From NCBI GenBank assembly GCA_013265495.1, contig MU058478.1, positions 249,816 to 313,815 of the forward strand: a DNA stretch of 64,000 nucleotides, given 5' to 3'. This stretch comes from Vicugna vicugna. Its lineage: Eukaryota. Both the position numbers and the translations under genes were made by a program. The first letter of the stretch is position 1; each line of letters starts with the position of its first letter. The notes below the pieces were generated by a model. It saw only the letters and a program-made list of their open reading frames with translations. It did no database searches and was not told where the DNA came from. Shown one piece after another: positions 1 through 12,930 of this stretch.

Positions 1-777
1 ATGGAGGGTTACTCTAATACTTTGCAAATCCTAAATGGTAGTGCTTAATTCAAAAATGTAGACCATGGCTTAGGTTCCATTGTCTGTCTGAGCAGAGCGC
101 CACTAAGGAACCAGAGGAGGCTTATGACATCTCAGCACCCAACGCAAAAATAAATCTCTCAGTCAAAATTTATCTGACAGCCTTAATGAAAGGAACACAC
201 ACACATTTTGATAGTGTTTCCTGCTGGATTCTCTTCTCTGAGATTGCATTGATTTGGATGAAACATTCATTTTACCCCTCGTTTCTTTGTATTTGAATGT
301 ATTTCTTTAGCCTGTCAGGTACCACTCTGTAATGACGGAGACCAGCATCACTCCTTTAATTTGCAATTTCCCTGAGGTCTTTATGAAAGGACAGCGAGGT
401 AACTGTTTAGATTTCAAAATGCCTTCCTGAAGTAATCTTTCTGTCCTTAGTTGCAAAAGTTTACTGATATCTTTGGAGAGCCAAAATTATGCGTTGAGAA
501 TCACATACGTCACAAAGTAAGAAATATCATAAGCCAGAATTTATATATGCTTTTTTTTCAAGCAAAAGGCATTCTGTTTATATGTTTTTAATAAATATAA
601 ATGACCTGATCTGTTCCCTGTACCTGCCTGTACTTTCTGAAAGGTAGTTACATAGCAAAGATCCTGCCCACCTTCCATTCCAATGTGCATCCTCGTTAAC
701 CCCCAGTGTGATATATTTCAATGTATTTCAACACCAGCAACCTACAACATACTCAGTTCATTCTCTTGAGTGTGATG

Positions 778-1341
778 TGTTACCCCAAGGAGGGGAAGAT
801 CTTCAGTCCTTGTCTTGCCCGAAAGAAAAGAATTCAGATGGGAGGCTAAAGGGTTGTGTGAACAGGGTCTTTTCAGTAAGGCAGAAGTTAGCAAAGCAAA
901 GTGCACCTTCAAGAACTGAAGGCAGGCTGACCCAAGACAGGAAAACAGCCTTGCCCCTCCATTGGTCCTCCTGCCTCGTAGCCTGGCTTAGGGGCGATCT
1001 CGTGGGTGATTGACAGCTCATGTCCCTTGAGTGTTTCAGTGTGCCCATCTCCTTTGGGCATGTTCTTGCCCGTGATGCACACAGAAAAGCCCATGGATGG
1101 GGGCCAAACTGCAATGCTAATTACATTACAATGAGCACTGGGTTATGTCAGGTCATGTCAACCTCTCTACCACGCAGTCATGGCGTCTGCTTCTAACCGG
1201 CTCGTTTTTAGGGACCCATTTAGACAAAGTAAAACTCTTTGGAGCTCCTTATCCTGGGTGCAGGTGTACCATTATCTTCCGGATGGCTCCCTCCACTGTC
1301 CTCTCCCCCCTGCCCAGTGCCCACTTGTATCTGACTGCCCA
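778..1341 (-). mobile_element. ERV1-class solo LTR (MER41/MER4-group-like)
   Basis: The minus strand ends ...GAATTCTTTTCTTTCGGGCAAGACAAGGAC...GGGGTAACA, an LTR U5-type end. It carries GCTCATTGTAATGTAATTAGC, shared in diverged form with the LTRs at 46905 and 55213. The right boundary is approximate. Confidence 0.6.
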
Positions 1342-1344
1342 ATG

Positions 1345-1508
1345 CATGCATTGGAAGAGTCCCAGCCAGATCAAGGAAGGCAATCCGTTTTCCTCAGTTT
1401 TACTGATTCCAGTATTAATCTTCCCCACGGACACCGAGAATGATGTCTGGCAAAATGTCTGGGCATCTCACAGTCCAGTCAACTTGATGCTTAAAATTAA
1501 CCATCACA
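1345..1508 (-). mobile_element. MLT2-like ERVL LTR fragment
   Basis: It ends in CAGTCAACTTGATGCTTAAAATTAACCATCACA, the characteristic reverse-complement MLT2 terminus. Confidence 0.7.
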
Positions 1509-2274
1509 GTGTCGTGCCATGTGGGCATTTCTTATTGCTAGACTGTTTTTTTTTTCCCAAATATATTATCCTTTTAATAAAAAAAAATGGAGTGAGGGGG
1601 AGATGGATATGACTGATGTGGAAAGTTTATTTAGATATAACTTGAACTTCTTTTTTTTTTTTCAGGTCTCTGATAATCTAGGTGGTGTTGACTTGCAAAA
1701 CAATCCTCTTGCCCTGGGCTCTTGTCTTTATTCCAACAGGGGAACGGTGTTCAGACTTGGTCATGTGACACTTCAGAGAGTCTCAGTTGCAATGGCTTTC
1801 CACCATCACATGCCTCCAAGGGGTCTTCTGAGAAGATCACAGAACCTGGGTGAACCCCACAGACACGTCGACTTCCCCCGGGTGCAGATGTGCACTAGAT
1901 GACCTGTTGTCTTCAGGACCTTCTTTCAAGAAAGGGAGCATCTGAGGGAAGGAAGGAAAGTCTCAGACGAATCCATCCCGTGTGGGAACAGCCCCTACTT
2001 GGTACTTGAGGGGGTGGATTCTGACAGTGTTAAAAACTGACGTTCAAAGTGATCATTTAGAGAAACATTTCTGGGTCAACATACACTCATTTTATCCTCT
2101 GTTCTAGTGTTCTTAAATACCAGCTTTTGGAATCTGTCTCCCTATTCCTTAAATTCCTAACAAACACATGAATACAATGTTCTAAAGTGGTCCTCAAGGC
2201 ATGCAGAAAACAGAGTTTCAATCAGTCATTGAATTTCAAAATATCAGCATTTAGCCCCTAATCAGAATATTTTT

Positions 2275-2459
2275 TGAACATTTTTTATTGATTTATAATC
2301 ATTTTACAATGTTGTGTCAAATTTCAGTGCAGAGCACAAATTTTCAGTCATACACGAACATACATACATTCATTGTCACATTCTTTTTCACCATGATTTT
2401 CACCATGCCATAAGATCTTGTATATATTTCCCTGTGCTCTACAGGATAATCTTGTTTAT
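2275..2459 (-). mobile_element. Young 5'-truncated L1 3' end (camelid-type)
   Basis: A T-rich tail is followed by L1 3'UTR. There is a 17-bp TSD CTAATCAGAATATTTTT at 2258-2274 and 2460-2476. It is similar to the copies at 12255 and 20631. Confidence 0.9.
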
Positions 2460-3066
2460 CTAATCAGAATATTTTTGATTAAATTTCCTGATTTATGGTA
2501 ATTGGGATTAAACAAAATATTAAATGTAACTCCTCCAACCTTAAATAGATGGTGTCTATCCTTAGGCAACCAACATATTTTGGGGAGTGAAAAGGTAAAA
2601 AAAAATCAGTGTTTATTTGGCTCATGTGATGTTTAAACCATTTATTTTCAGCTTTGAGTAAACATAATTTTGAAACAGGCATTAAGGCCGACCAATTGAT
2701 TTGATGAGATTTTCAGCCTGATTGCCTGTTCACTGGAATTAATTGACAGGTATGAAAATGTGATTAATTTTTAAACCAACATGACTGGGCTATTTATTTT
2801 TAAGTATAAATTTTGTCTATGTGTATACAGGAGACAAAAATCTTTACTGGTAATAAACTTTCTTATTTTTCCCCATGTAATATGGTTAAAATATCAACTT
2901 AAAAGTCTCACCTTTTTTTTATTATTTTTGGTCACAATGAAGTTTTATAAGATTATTTCATTGATAACTTCGTAGTTTTTCTTTTGAATATTGATGGAAA
3001 TTTTTTATGGACATTTAAGCACATGGGAAGCTAGCAGGTTTCAAGTGGTACCAGCTTTTGAATTAC

Positions 3067-3067
<1 letters not shown>

Positions 3068-3097
<30 letters not shown>
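3068..3097 (+). repeat. Poly(A) mononucleotide run
   Basis: About 30 consecutive A, with no recognisable retroelement body upstream. Confidence 0.9.
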
Positions 3098-3098
<1 letters not shown>

Positions 3099-3339
3099 CA
3101 TGAAGCTCAAGCTGCTTTTTTCTGAAAATGTTGCACACAGAGTGACTAAATTTGAAGAAAATGGTTTGTAATTTAAGTTCAATCTAGAATTCCTAAACTC
3201 AAGTGGGTATGAAATTATACTGCACACCTTTAGGTCAAATTAACCAAACCGGTGTAGCTGATAAGCATAGAAAGTTGCCCACTAAGAGTTAAATTATGCT
3301 GCCAACAAATGAAAAACCTGAACAGATAGATGCAAACCT

Positions 3340-3860
3340 TGTACTTGCTTCTGCTAACTTTATAAATGCTTACTGTGTGCCTGAATCTTTCGATATTTCA
3401 TCTATAATCTGCCTGAAAAGCCAGCAACACAGGTCCTGCCACCCACATATTCCAGGTGGAAAGCAGAAATCTCCAAAAGTAGAGTGAGTTCCATCAAACC
3501 CTACAGACAGGGAAATTGTAAAACTGATATTAAATTTCTTTTATTCAAATTTATGTTTCTTTCCATTGCAACGTGCGGCTTCTAGAAGGCAGTAAACATT
3601 TTATGAGATTATTGCTGTTTTTTATAGAGGTTCCTTACAGTCTTTTAATTTTTTAAATGCAGAGAAATAAAGATCCCACCTGATAAGAAGTCAAACTTCC
3701 TTGGTCCCCTATTTGTTCACCACGTAAATTTGAATGAGTCGATGTTTTGAGCCATTTGCCTCAACTATAAAGATCGAACAAATGTAGCTCACTGCCTGTC
3801 TCGCAGAGGTGCTGCGGGACTCATGTTACAAGTCATGCAAAATGCCGGGTGTAACCAAGT
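3340..3860. mobile_element. Degenerate MIR-like SINE fragments
   Basis: MIR-like phrases such as AATGCTTACTGTGTGCC and GAGCCATTTGCCTCAACTATAA. Highly diverged. Confidence 0.4.
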
Positions 3861-4346
3861 ACGACACTGCGCACACACCACTTTGGTTTAAGCTTTGATC
3901 CCAGAGGTGGTTGGCTAATAACCAGCGATGATTTTGACATCATATCAAAAACGCGACTCCCCGGAGATGCTCAGACAAGAACTTCTCCTGATCAATGTTG
4001 AGATCCAACAAAAAAACTTTGCTAATGTGCATGATGAGAAGCAAAAATGGGTATTCGTGGGGAAGGGCAGTAATTTATCAGTTGAAGTGATGATCGCTAG
4101 AAATGGGTTCTCGTCGCTGAAATGAAGGCTATTCAAGACACGTGGGTTATTCACTCCAGTTTGGACACATTCCCACTCTTGCTGGAACACAATACTGTAG
4201 TTTGCTGAGTCCATCCCATGCCCTTGATCAGCCGTTGATTGAGTTGGTGGTTGCAAAATATTGTGAAAGAACTAAATGCTAACTAATGGCTCACTGTAAA
4301 ATGGTGATTTTTATGTGATGTGCATCTTCCCTGAATTATATGTGCA

Positions 4347-4349
<3 letters not shown>

Positions 4350-4377
<28 letters not shown>
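4350..4377. repeat. (GT)n microsatellite
   Basis: Read directly from the sequence. Confidence 0.95.
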
Positions 4378-4380
<3 letters not shown>

Positions 4381-5439
4381 GTTTGGCCCTAGTTTGGCGC
4401 CAGTTTAGGGCAGCTCCCAACACCCCAAATAATATAAAGTGTGTTCAAAACGATTTGCAAAAATTAAAATACTGGGAAGCAGAAAGTAGGGAGATGTTGG
4501 TATTTTCCACATTTTCTGATTTACCAGCAATTTAATGCAGATACAAGTTTGCTTGCCTCTCAATGAGCTGGTCACCCGGCACCCCTCAATTAGCACTGCT
4601 GGCGTGTTTGAGTACTCCTGAACACTTCTGGTCATCCCCATTTGCAGGAGCAAAGGACTTCTCGTGATTAGCAATGGTCACATGTGCCTCCTTCAGTCCC
4701 GGGCGATCCACGTTTTTGGAAGAAACAGAGTATGAAGTACCCTTTGTCAGGTACTCACCATGCCCTGGGATCCATCTGAGTCATATTCTTGTTACAAATA
4801 ACATTCTCATGGAATGGCATCTCATGGTCTTTATTTCACAGATAAGAAAGTCAAAACGCACGCAGATTAAGAAATGGGGGTGCATGCACAGAACCAGAAC
4901 TCGGATCCAAAAAGGGACGTCTCCAAGCTCCCATGCCAGGTGGCCTCTCGCACAGAGCAATCCCCTCCGAAGTGGTGAGCTCGCCCTCCTGAACCAAGGT
5001 GTTCTGCGCCGTAAGAGTTGCTGCCGCACAGGGTACCCGGAGATTTGATGGATGCTCAGTTTAGCTGGAAAACGTTCTTTCTCATATCCGGTGGCATTTT
5101 GAGTTTCCAGATTCTGAGCGCCACTGAAAAGGAAACCAAACATCTGAGAAGTGCAGCAAGAAATCTGCTCTGCATCCGATGTGCAGTGAACAGTGATGGA
5201 ATTGTAATGAAGAAAAATATCCAGAATCTTTAAGAAATTAGGACAAATGGCTAGCAAACAGAGGTCCTTCAGTAGGACCAGGCTGTCATCAGCAAATAAA
5301 AGAAATGGGCAGATCCAGGGAGTCTGGTGAGCTGGGGCTTGCGTCCCAGGACCTCTTACCTACCCACCATGGGACCTTGATCAGAGATGCTAACAGGATC
5401 CAGATTAAAAGATGATGCATGGAAGATGCATTAAGTACC

Positions 5440-5625
5440 ACATAGAAAACAGATGAAAAACCAGATTTCTTCTGCAAGGCACAGGGAATGATATTCAATA
5501 TCTTATAGTAACCTTGAAAGAAAAAGAATATGAAAATGAATATATGTATGTATACGTAGGACTGAAACATGACACGGTATACCAGAAATTGGCACACTGT
5601 AATGGAATATACTTCAATAAAAAAA
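5440..5625 (+). mobile_element. L1 3' end (artiodactyl-type 3'UTR)
   Basis: GCACAGGGAA...ATTCAATATCTT...GAAAAAGAATATGAAAATGAATATATG...TTCAATAAAAAAA. Confidence 0.85.
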
Positions 5626-8600
5626 GTTACATTATAAGTACTGAATAATAAATGCATAAGTGCTCAATTAATGGCTCTGTTGATGGTGAAGATGATTTTG
5701 AAGCAGATTGATGTGGCTCTGGGTTGCACAGAGGACTGGAATCTTCAGGATGGAAGTGTGTCCCCATACCCTCATCTGCTGAAATCCACCAGACCTGAGA
5801 AAAGCTGATGGGGGTGGGCCTGGAGGAGGAGGGTGGCCCTTGGAGGAAAAGGAGAATTTTAGACACAGTTCTTTCATACCCCTTTCCTCCTATTCCGAAC
5901 AACGTCCTGGGGTGAAACAGGAGGCACTCACCCTCCGCATCTGAATCATTCAGATGATTAATGAGTCATTCAGTGGAGTCCAGAGTCCGCAGTCCAATTA
6001 CCTCTCTCAAGGACATACAGGTCAATTGATTCTCCTTCCCCATAAATACCCAAGTCAAACCAAGATGATTTCTTGGAATTTAACTGGAAATATCTCCAGC
6101 AAGATTAAGAGTTTCACATCAAGGCTATGACTAATGACATCAATTCATTCTGAGCTCATTACGCCAACCCACATGCAGAAAATTTATCCTTTCTGTAAAG
6201 AACAATGAAGTGCCTGGAGGAGAGAGGTCCCTGCGCACACGTGGAGATTTACAGAGGAGTGAAGGAAGAAATGGAAACGGCTTTAGCTTTTCCCTTGCAT
6301 TTGCTGAGGGTGGTTCATAATATAAATACTCCTTTAGCAAAGGCTAATTAATTGTGACGGCTTGCCAGAGAGCAACTGAGTAATGGATTGCTTTGCATTG
6401 TCAGAGGACACAATGGTACAGGGAGAGTTGGAGAGTGGCTTTGTTCGAGAATGGATTTCACATCTACCTGCATGGCTGGGCTAGAACGGAAGACATGATG
6501 CTCGGCTCGCTCGGCTGTAATTGGGCTCATTTGTTACACGGCATCCACTTGCTTCACAAGCAGATCTCTGTTCCTTCCTGACAGACCCCATAAAGTATTC
6601 ATTGTCTGGGGTTTCAGAAAACCGTGGCATGAGTTACTCAAATCTGTTAACGGCAAAACAGGCCACCTGCGCTTTCCTGAAATCACTTTGAGACTTTGAC
6701 TTGGCAGTGGTTTCTGGGTTAGCGAGGCAAAGGAAGAAAATTATATAAGGGGATGCAGGTAAACGTTTTGTTTTGATCCTAGAGATGTATTGTTTTCTGT
6801 TACACACTGATCCCTTCTCAATCCACAGAGAATATTACCCTTGGAGAAACTTTTTCTTTCTTTCTTTCTTTCTTTGAACACCCATGAAGCTTACTTATTT
6901 CCCCTTCAGTTTACATTTATGCTTATGTATGTTCATCTTCTTAGAAGAAACAGGAGAGGAATGCTTATGGGAAGCATTTGATGGTCTCACATTCTAGACG
7001 GTGGTTTTGCCGACTTGCCAAGGACTCTGAGTCACCAGGGTGTGGTGGCCACTGCACCAAGTCTCCAGCGCCTGCACCCCAGTTCAGCGATGGTTTTGTC
7101 CCCACCCCTCAGTAAACCATTTATTTGATTATAGTGCAGATGTATTGTAACCCTCATTTATATTTAATAATCTTATCTTCTTGGTTATTCTATTTTTTCA
7201 TTCCTCATCTTCGGTCTTGGACCTTCACAATTTTTCTGTAAAAATTGCAGCCAGGGCTCCCAAGTCTGAACTTTTCAAAATGAGGGTCTTTTTTGGAGAA
7301 AAATGCCGAGAAAAAGCTGAGTTAATTTTGAAAACAAGTAAACACACACACACAAAGTCTTACTTCTTTGAGTTGAAATCATGTATCTAATAACAAGTTC
7401 TAAATGAATGGTGACAGCTGAGCCCTTGACAAATCCAGTTTAATTCTTGGTGGCCTCCAGAGAACATTCCAGGGCTCCTTCGGGACACACATAGCAGTGA
7501 TGCAAAATCCATGCCTTGTGGTAGTTGGGCAGCTATGATTGGCTCCCGTTTTCCAGGAGATGAATTTGACTGAGCTCATTTAAAAACCGAGGGCCAGTAA
7601 GGGACCCTCAGATCCATCCTTAGCCCTGGCAAGAGAGGTAAGACCTCACAGGACTTCTCTGGCCCTTCCCTCTGACCTCATCTTTCTTCCCCGAGACAGA
7701 TCCTGCACGGCCAGTGGGGCTGAACCATGCGAGGCCCCAAAGTCCGCCATGTGGACCACGCACAGGTCCAGGTGTGCCCCCAACGTGGGCAGCTGCGGTG
7801 CAGAGGAAGCAGCGAGCATTCACGCCTTGTGGCACCTGCCCGGGTCTCCATGGGCGTTGCCAACCCAAGGAGGTGGGGGGAAACTCGGCTATAAGGAAAG
7901 GAAAGCCTGACCACGATCCCTTCCCCTCCGTGAATAGAAGGGCATAAATGATGAGGAGGGGCCAACATCTCCTAAGGAAGGCTGGCATATCCGCGCACCT
8001 GCTCAGGAATCAGGCCCTTTCTCCTTTGCATCACTTGGGAATGAGCCTGGCAGCAGCCTTGGTGGGCTGTCCACTTCCCACAGACCCCCAGGCTCTCCAT
8101 CCTGCAGCATCCTGGGACCAGCCCGGGTCCCAGGAACCCGCGGCCGACATGAAGTTATCAGCATCCCCAAAGGACCTCTAATTGGAGCTCTAGGCACCAA
8201 CTCCCACTCTTCTTATTCTTCGGGAAAAACAAAGTTCTTCTTTCTTGTAAACGGGCTGGAATGATCCCTCTGTTATCATGTCATCTGAACCCGGAGGACC
8301 TCAGGGCTGGGGGCGCGGTCCTGTCTGCAGCTCCCCTCGCATCTCTGATGCTGACCAGTGACAACGGGGTACCACAGCGTCTGGAGCCGCAGGAGTGCCC
8401 AGCGCCCTCCAGGTCCTCACAGTCTCTCTTGGGACCTCTGTGCTGTTGCCGACCACCGACTGGTGGAAATGTGATGCTTGCAAAGTTTCTGCGGTATAAC
8501 TTCAAAAGGAGTATGACTTCGGGGAAAAAAATTAGAAAACATAAAAGCATTAGAGAAGATACTGGTAGTAACATATTAGTAAGACTATTACCATGGTTAC

Positions 8601-8909
8601 CGAAGGGTAACTGGAATCTACCGCTCAAAAACTAACCTAGAAAGGATATTTTGATGCAATCTTGTAGCTTCTACAATTTCATGATTTACGAAATTGAATG
8701 CATTTAAAATGTTATTATAAATTATGTTAACTATAAAATAGCTTTGAAGAATGTCTAGTGACTGAGATAAATTACTTATCATTTTATAATAATGAGAAAA
8801 TATATCACAATTATTATGATTAATTTTGTATTGTATTTAATGTATCTTCTCATATTTCAAATCTATGTTTTCAAATTTGATGGATTTGTTTATGGATTTC
8901 TGAAACTTT

Positions 8910-9084
8910 TTTTTAAGCCAGTATTTTATTTTATTTTATTTATTTTATTTTTTTCTGTTTGTTTCTGGTGTGTTTGAGGGAGGCAATTAGGTTTATTTAT
9001 CTTTAGAGGAGGTACTGGGGATTGAACCCAGGACCTTGTGCATACTAAGCATGCGCTCTACCTCTTGAGGTATGACCTCTCCCC
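8910..9084 (-). mobile_element. tRNA-derived SINE (Vic-1-like, camelid)
   Basis: GAGGTACTGGGGATTGAACCCAGGACC carries the B-box on the minus strand. There is a T-rich tail and a 14-bp TSD ATTTCTGAAACTTT at 8896-8909 and 9087-9100. Confidence 0.9.
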
Positions 9085-11119
9085 AAATTTCTGAAACTTT
9101 GATGCATCTTAGGTGTGATGTGTATAATCATGATAATGTAGGGTTTGCTGTTGTTCTTAAAAAAAAAACTGTATTACAATAGGTATTCAATCTTACACAA
9201 ATGGAAAAGACGCTAGCTAAAAATTGACATAAGATCACACCCCACATTGCTAAAAGTAGCGTACTTTCATTTTGATTTTTTTTTCTATAAAAGATTGTCA
9301 AGAACTACATAGTATTCTGAGTAACCTTTAAACAGTAAAAACAGAAGCTGCCATTTCTCACTGCAGGTTTTCTTTTGGCGGATAATTACATTTCTCAGAA
9401 TGATAGTTTCTACATGCGGATAAACGCTCTTCGCTTCTAACGCTGCTCTGAATCACGAGGTTGAAGATGCACTGAGTCAATCACCCACGAAATCCAGCAA
9501 ATCCTTCATAAGTACATTTTGCTCCTAGGCCATTCATCACGCGAAAAATACTGAAAGTCAAGTCGATTTTGCAGTCATTGTGGAAATGGGCGTGATGGAA
9601 AAGACTTGTGTCTGATAAATTTCTCTGCAGAGCTTTCATTATATGTTAGAGGTTTCCATCTTAGAGGCAGTGAAGTTGATGTATTTTGGCAATCTGAGCC
9701 GTGTATTAATTAATACAATTTTTCAGTCGGATGGTTAGAAACATATTATATTAGTGTTCGAAAGTCAGCTACTGGTACGAACTTTAGCTGAAGCAACTGT
9801 CAAATATGAAATCATCTAACTGGAAAGCAACATGCAATTTGAAGCCCAATGATGTCTTTGTGTAAATGAGTTTATGTTTAAACCTATAAGCAAATGTGAG
9901 AGAAAGTTTTTATGGGAAAATTTTTTATTTTTAATGGGAAAAAAATAGTGAAAGTGAATATTCATCGTGATGCTTTTTTTGGATACGTTAAACGCGAACA
10001 GCCGAAGTAAAATATGATATTGGATTTCTGAGCTGTAATTCACCAACCTATGCAAGAGATGCCAGTGCATTCAGTCAACAATATTAAAATCACTGTAGTG
10101 TAATTTATATCGATGCTCCTTCCTGAACCCTGAGAATTTTCCCTTAGCACAGAGGGGTCTGAGAGGTCGTCTCCTGCAAATTTCTATTCACAATGAACAA
10201 ACTATAAATCAGGGAAAGGTTAGCACCTTTTAATACCATTCTTTTCATGAAAATATATTTCACATTGTCCGGGAATTAATTAGTTTACTGCTTAGAAAAT
10301 ATATCTCTGCAAGAAGGAGATAAAGCTGAGCGTGAAATACTTATAATCTAGGGTAGGGAAAACGTTAAGTATTTTGGCAAAATGTGGAGTGGCAAAACAT
10401 TAAAAAAAAATCAGCATTTGTTTGAAGTTGAGGCTGACAACAGATAGCACAAAAATTAAATTCTGGAGTCTGAGAATGTATCAGACGTTGTAGCTAAAAT
10501 TCAGGACGATGATAACAGTATTACTAAATTGTCTTAAGTCTGAATTATCTTTTCAATTCCCTTTTACAGTAGGCAATGCTAATTTCTCAGTGCCTTCCAC
10601 TGAAGTTCTTGGAAAAGAAATATATATTTTTGGCTAACGCAGTCTGTGTATGTTACTACTGCTAAGGTTGCCACCAAAAGACTAAGCTTCCACTCTTCCT
10701 CTAATTCCACAAAGTAAAAATGTATTTGTTCTTCGACTGCTTCCAGATTTGAACGCTTGGCTGATGGAAATGACGGAATATCGTCAAATCAGTCACCGAA
10801 CCGTGTGCCCACGAAGGATTCTTGATGAATACTTTCAAATTCAAGTTTAAGTTTGCCGACCTCAAATATTTTGATTTCTAACATGATCATGACTGTTTGC
10901 GGTTGACAGTCCTCTGAGAACAATTTGGTTTTGGCTCAAGATTTAGACAAACGTCCCAGAGCTGTGTGACAGCCTTTGAAGACAACACGGTTATCTGTTT
11001 CTGCACATCTGAGCTCAGCTACCCTTCCGTGCGTGCTGACTTTAGTAGACGCCTAGAGTGGTTGTCAGGTAAGAAGTCTAAATTCTCAAAGTGTCCAGAT
11101 TTGGTTCCTTTTCTGTTTG

Positions 11120-12930
11120 CTTTATATTTTTATTGAGATATCATTCACTTCCCAGACAGCTCATTCTCCCTTTTAAAGTGTACAGTATATCGTTTGAGTA
11201 TATTTACAAAGTTGTGGAACCATCGCCAATATCTAATCACAAAATATTTTCGTAACACAGAAGTCACTCTCCAATTCCTCTTCCCACTGTCCTCTGGCAA
11301 CCATTTATCTGCTCTCTCTGTGGATCTGCCTGCATTTTATTTAAATGGAGACACAGACTATGTAATCTTTGTGTGACTGTCTCTTTTCATCCATGTTGTA
11401 GGATGTCTTAGTAAATTATTCCTTTTAATTCTGGAAAAATATTCCATTGTACGGATTCACAAAATTTTGTTGGCTCATCTTTTAGATGATGGCTACTTGA
11501 GTTAGCCCCCACACTTTGGCTACTATGAAAAACGCTGCCATGCTATTTAATATTCACGTGAAGTGTTTGTTTCTGGCTCCCATCTCTAGATATATTTGTA
11601 GGAGAATTGCTACATCATACAGTCACTCAATTTTGAAATTTTCTTGGAATTGCTACGCTATTTTCCTAAGGCATTGCACATGTTATGTTCTCACCAGCAA
11701 TATGGAAGGCAATGACACCACATCTTCAGAAAGTTTTCTTAATGTTCCTTTTTTAAAATAACTATCTTAGTCACGGTGAAGTGGGAGCATATTGTGATTT
11801 TTAACACTGATTTCTGTAATGTTGATGATTTGGAGCATCTTCTCATGTTCGATTAGTCATTTATATCTTTTTGGGAAAAATGTCTATTGAGATCATTTGC
11901 CTGTTTTTAACTGGGTTGTCATTTAATAGTTAAGTTGAAGACTGTAAGAGTTTTTTTTTTTTTCTGGGTATTTTAGCCACAATTTCTTTACTAGATATGT
12001 GAATTTCAAGTATTTTCTCCCGTGTTGTGAATTATTTTTTCAATTCCTCTCTGGTGTCAGTTGCCACACAAGTTTTTAAATTTTTATGAAGTACAAATTA
12101 TCTATTTTTTTCTTTCTCACCAGCACTTTCAACATCATGTCTAAGAAACCATTGCCTAATCTAAGGTCCCGAAGACTTAATGCCTATGTTTTCTTCTATA
12201 AGTTCATATAGTGTTAGCTCTTATAGTTAGGTCTGTGATCCATTTTGAGTTAGTTTTTTTTTTAACATTTTTTATTTATTTTTTAATCATTTTACAATGT
12301 TGTGTCAAATTCCAGTGCAGAGCACAATTTTTCAGTTATACATGAACATACATATATTTATTTTTTCACCGTGAGCCACAACAAGATCTTGTATGTATTT
12401 CCCTGTGCTGTGCAATCTTGTTTATCTGTTCTACACTTTGAAATCCCAGTCTGTCGCTTCCCACCCTCCACCCCCTTGGCAACCACAAGTTTGTATTCTA
12501 TGTCTATGAGTCTGTTCCTGTTTTGTATTTATGCTTTGTTTGTTTTTTTTGTTTGGGTTTTGTTTGCTTGTTTTTTTAGATTCCACATCTGAGCGATCTC
12601 ATATGGTGTTTTTCTTTCTCTTTCTGGCTGACTTCACTTAGAATGACATTCTCCAGGAGCATCCACATTTTCTTTCTTTTTTTTTTTTTTTAATATGGTG
12701 AATTTGAAGGATCCGACTTCTTCATTTTGCATATGTGTCTTAGCATCTTTTGTTGAAAAGCTTACTCTCTCCGCTTTGAACTGTCTTGGCATCCTTGTCT
12801 AAAATCAACTGGCCATAAGTGTAAGGATTTATTTATACATTCTCAACTCCATTTCATTCATCTCCCCCCCTCTTTATACTACCTCACTCTCTTGATTACA
12901 TAAGCTTTGCAGTAAGTCTAGAAATAGGCT
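11120..12930 (-). mobile_element. Old L1M element (3'UTR plus ORF2 C-terminal part), interrupted by a younger L1
   Basis: Typical antisense L1 phrases: GAAAAATGTCTATTGAGATCATTTGCC, CTAAGAAACCATTGCCTAAT, AGGTCTGTGATCCATTTTGAGTT. The element resumes after about 12690. Confidence 0.85.
12255..12690 (-). mobile_element. Young camelid-type L1 3' end nested in the old L1
   Basis: Closely similar to 20631-21060, e.g. TTTCTTTCTCTTTCTGGCTGACTTCACTTAGAATGACATTCTCCAGGAGCATCC. Confidence 0.9.

Noticed and set aside
1056..1071. p53 half-site GGGCATGTTC in an LTR
   Set aside because: Only one complete decamer; the second half-site is truncated.
3928..4256. Overlapping ORFs on both strands in unique sequence
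   Set aside because: No recognisable domain, no convincing splice signals, and lengths expected by chance.
7620..8635. GC-rich ORF cluster, possible CpG island or promoter
   Set aside because: GC-rich DNA has fewer stops, the peptides look random, and CpG density looks too low by eye for a true island. Part may be an old LTR that I cannot name.
9005..9084. tRNA-like sequences with A/B boxes (also about 26960, 36795 and 45885)
   Set aside because: These are SINE heads with tails and TSDs, not tRNA genes.
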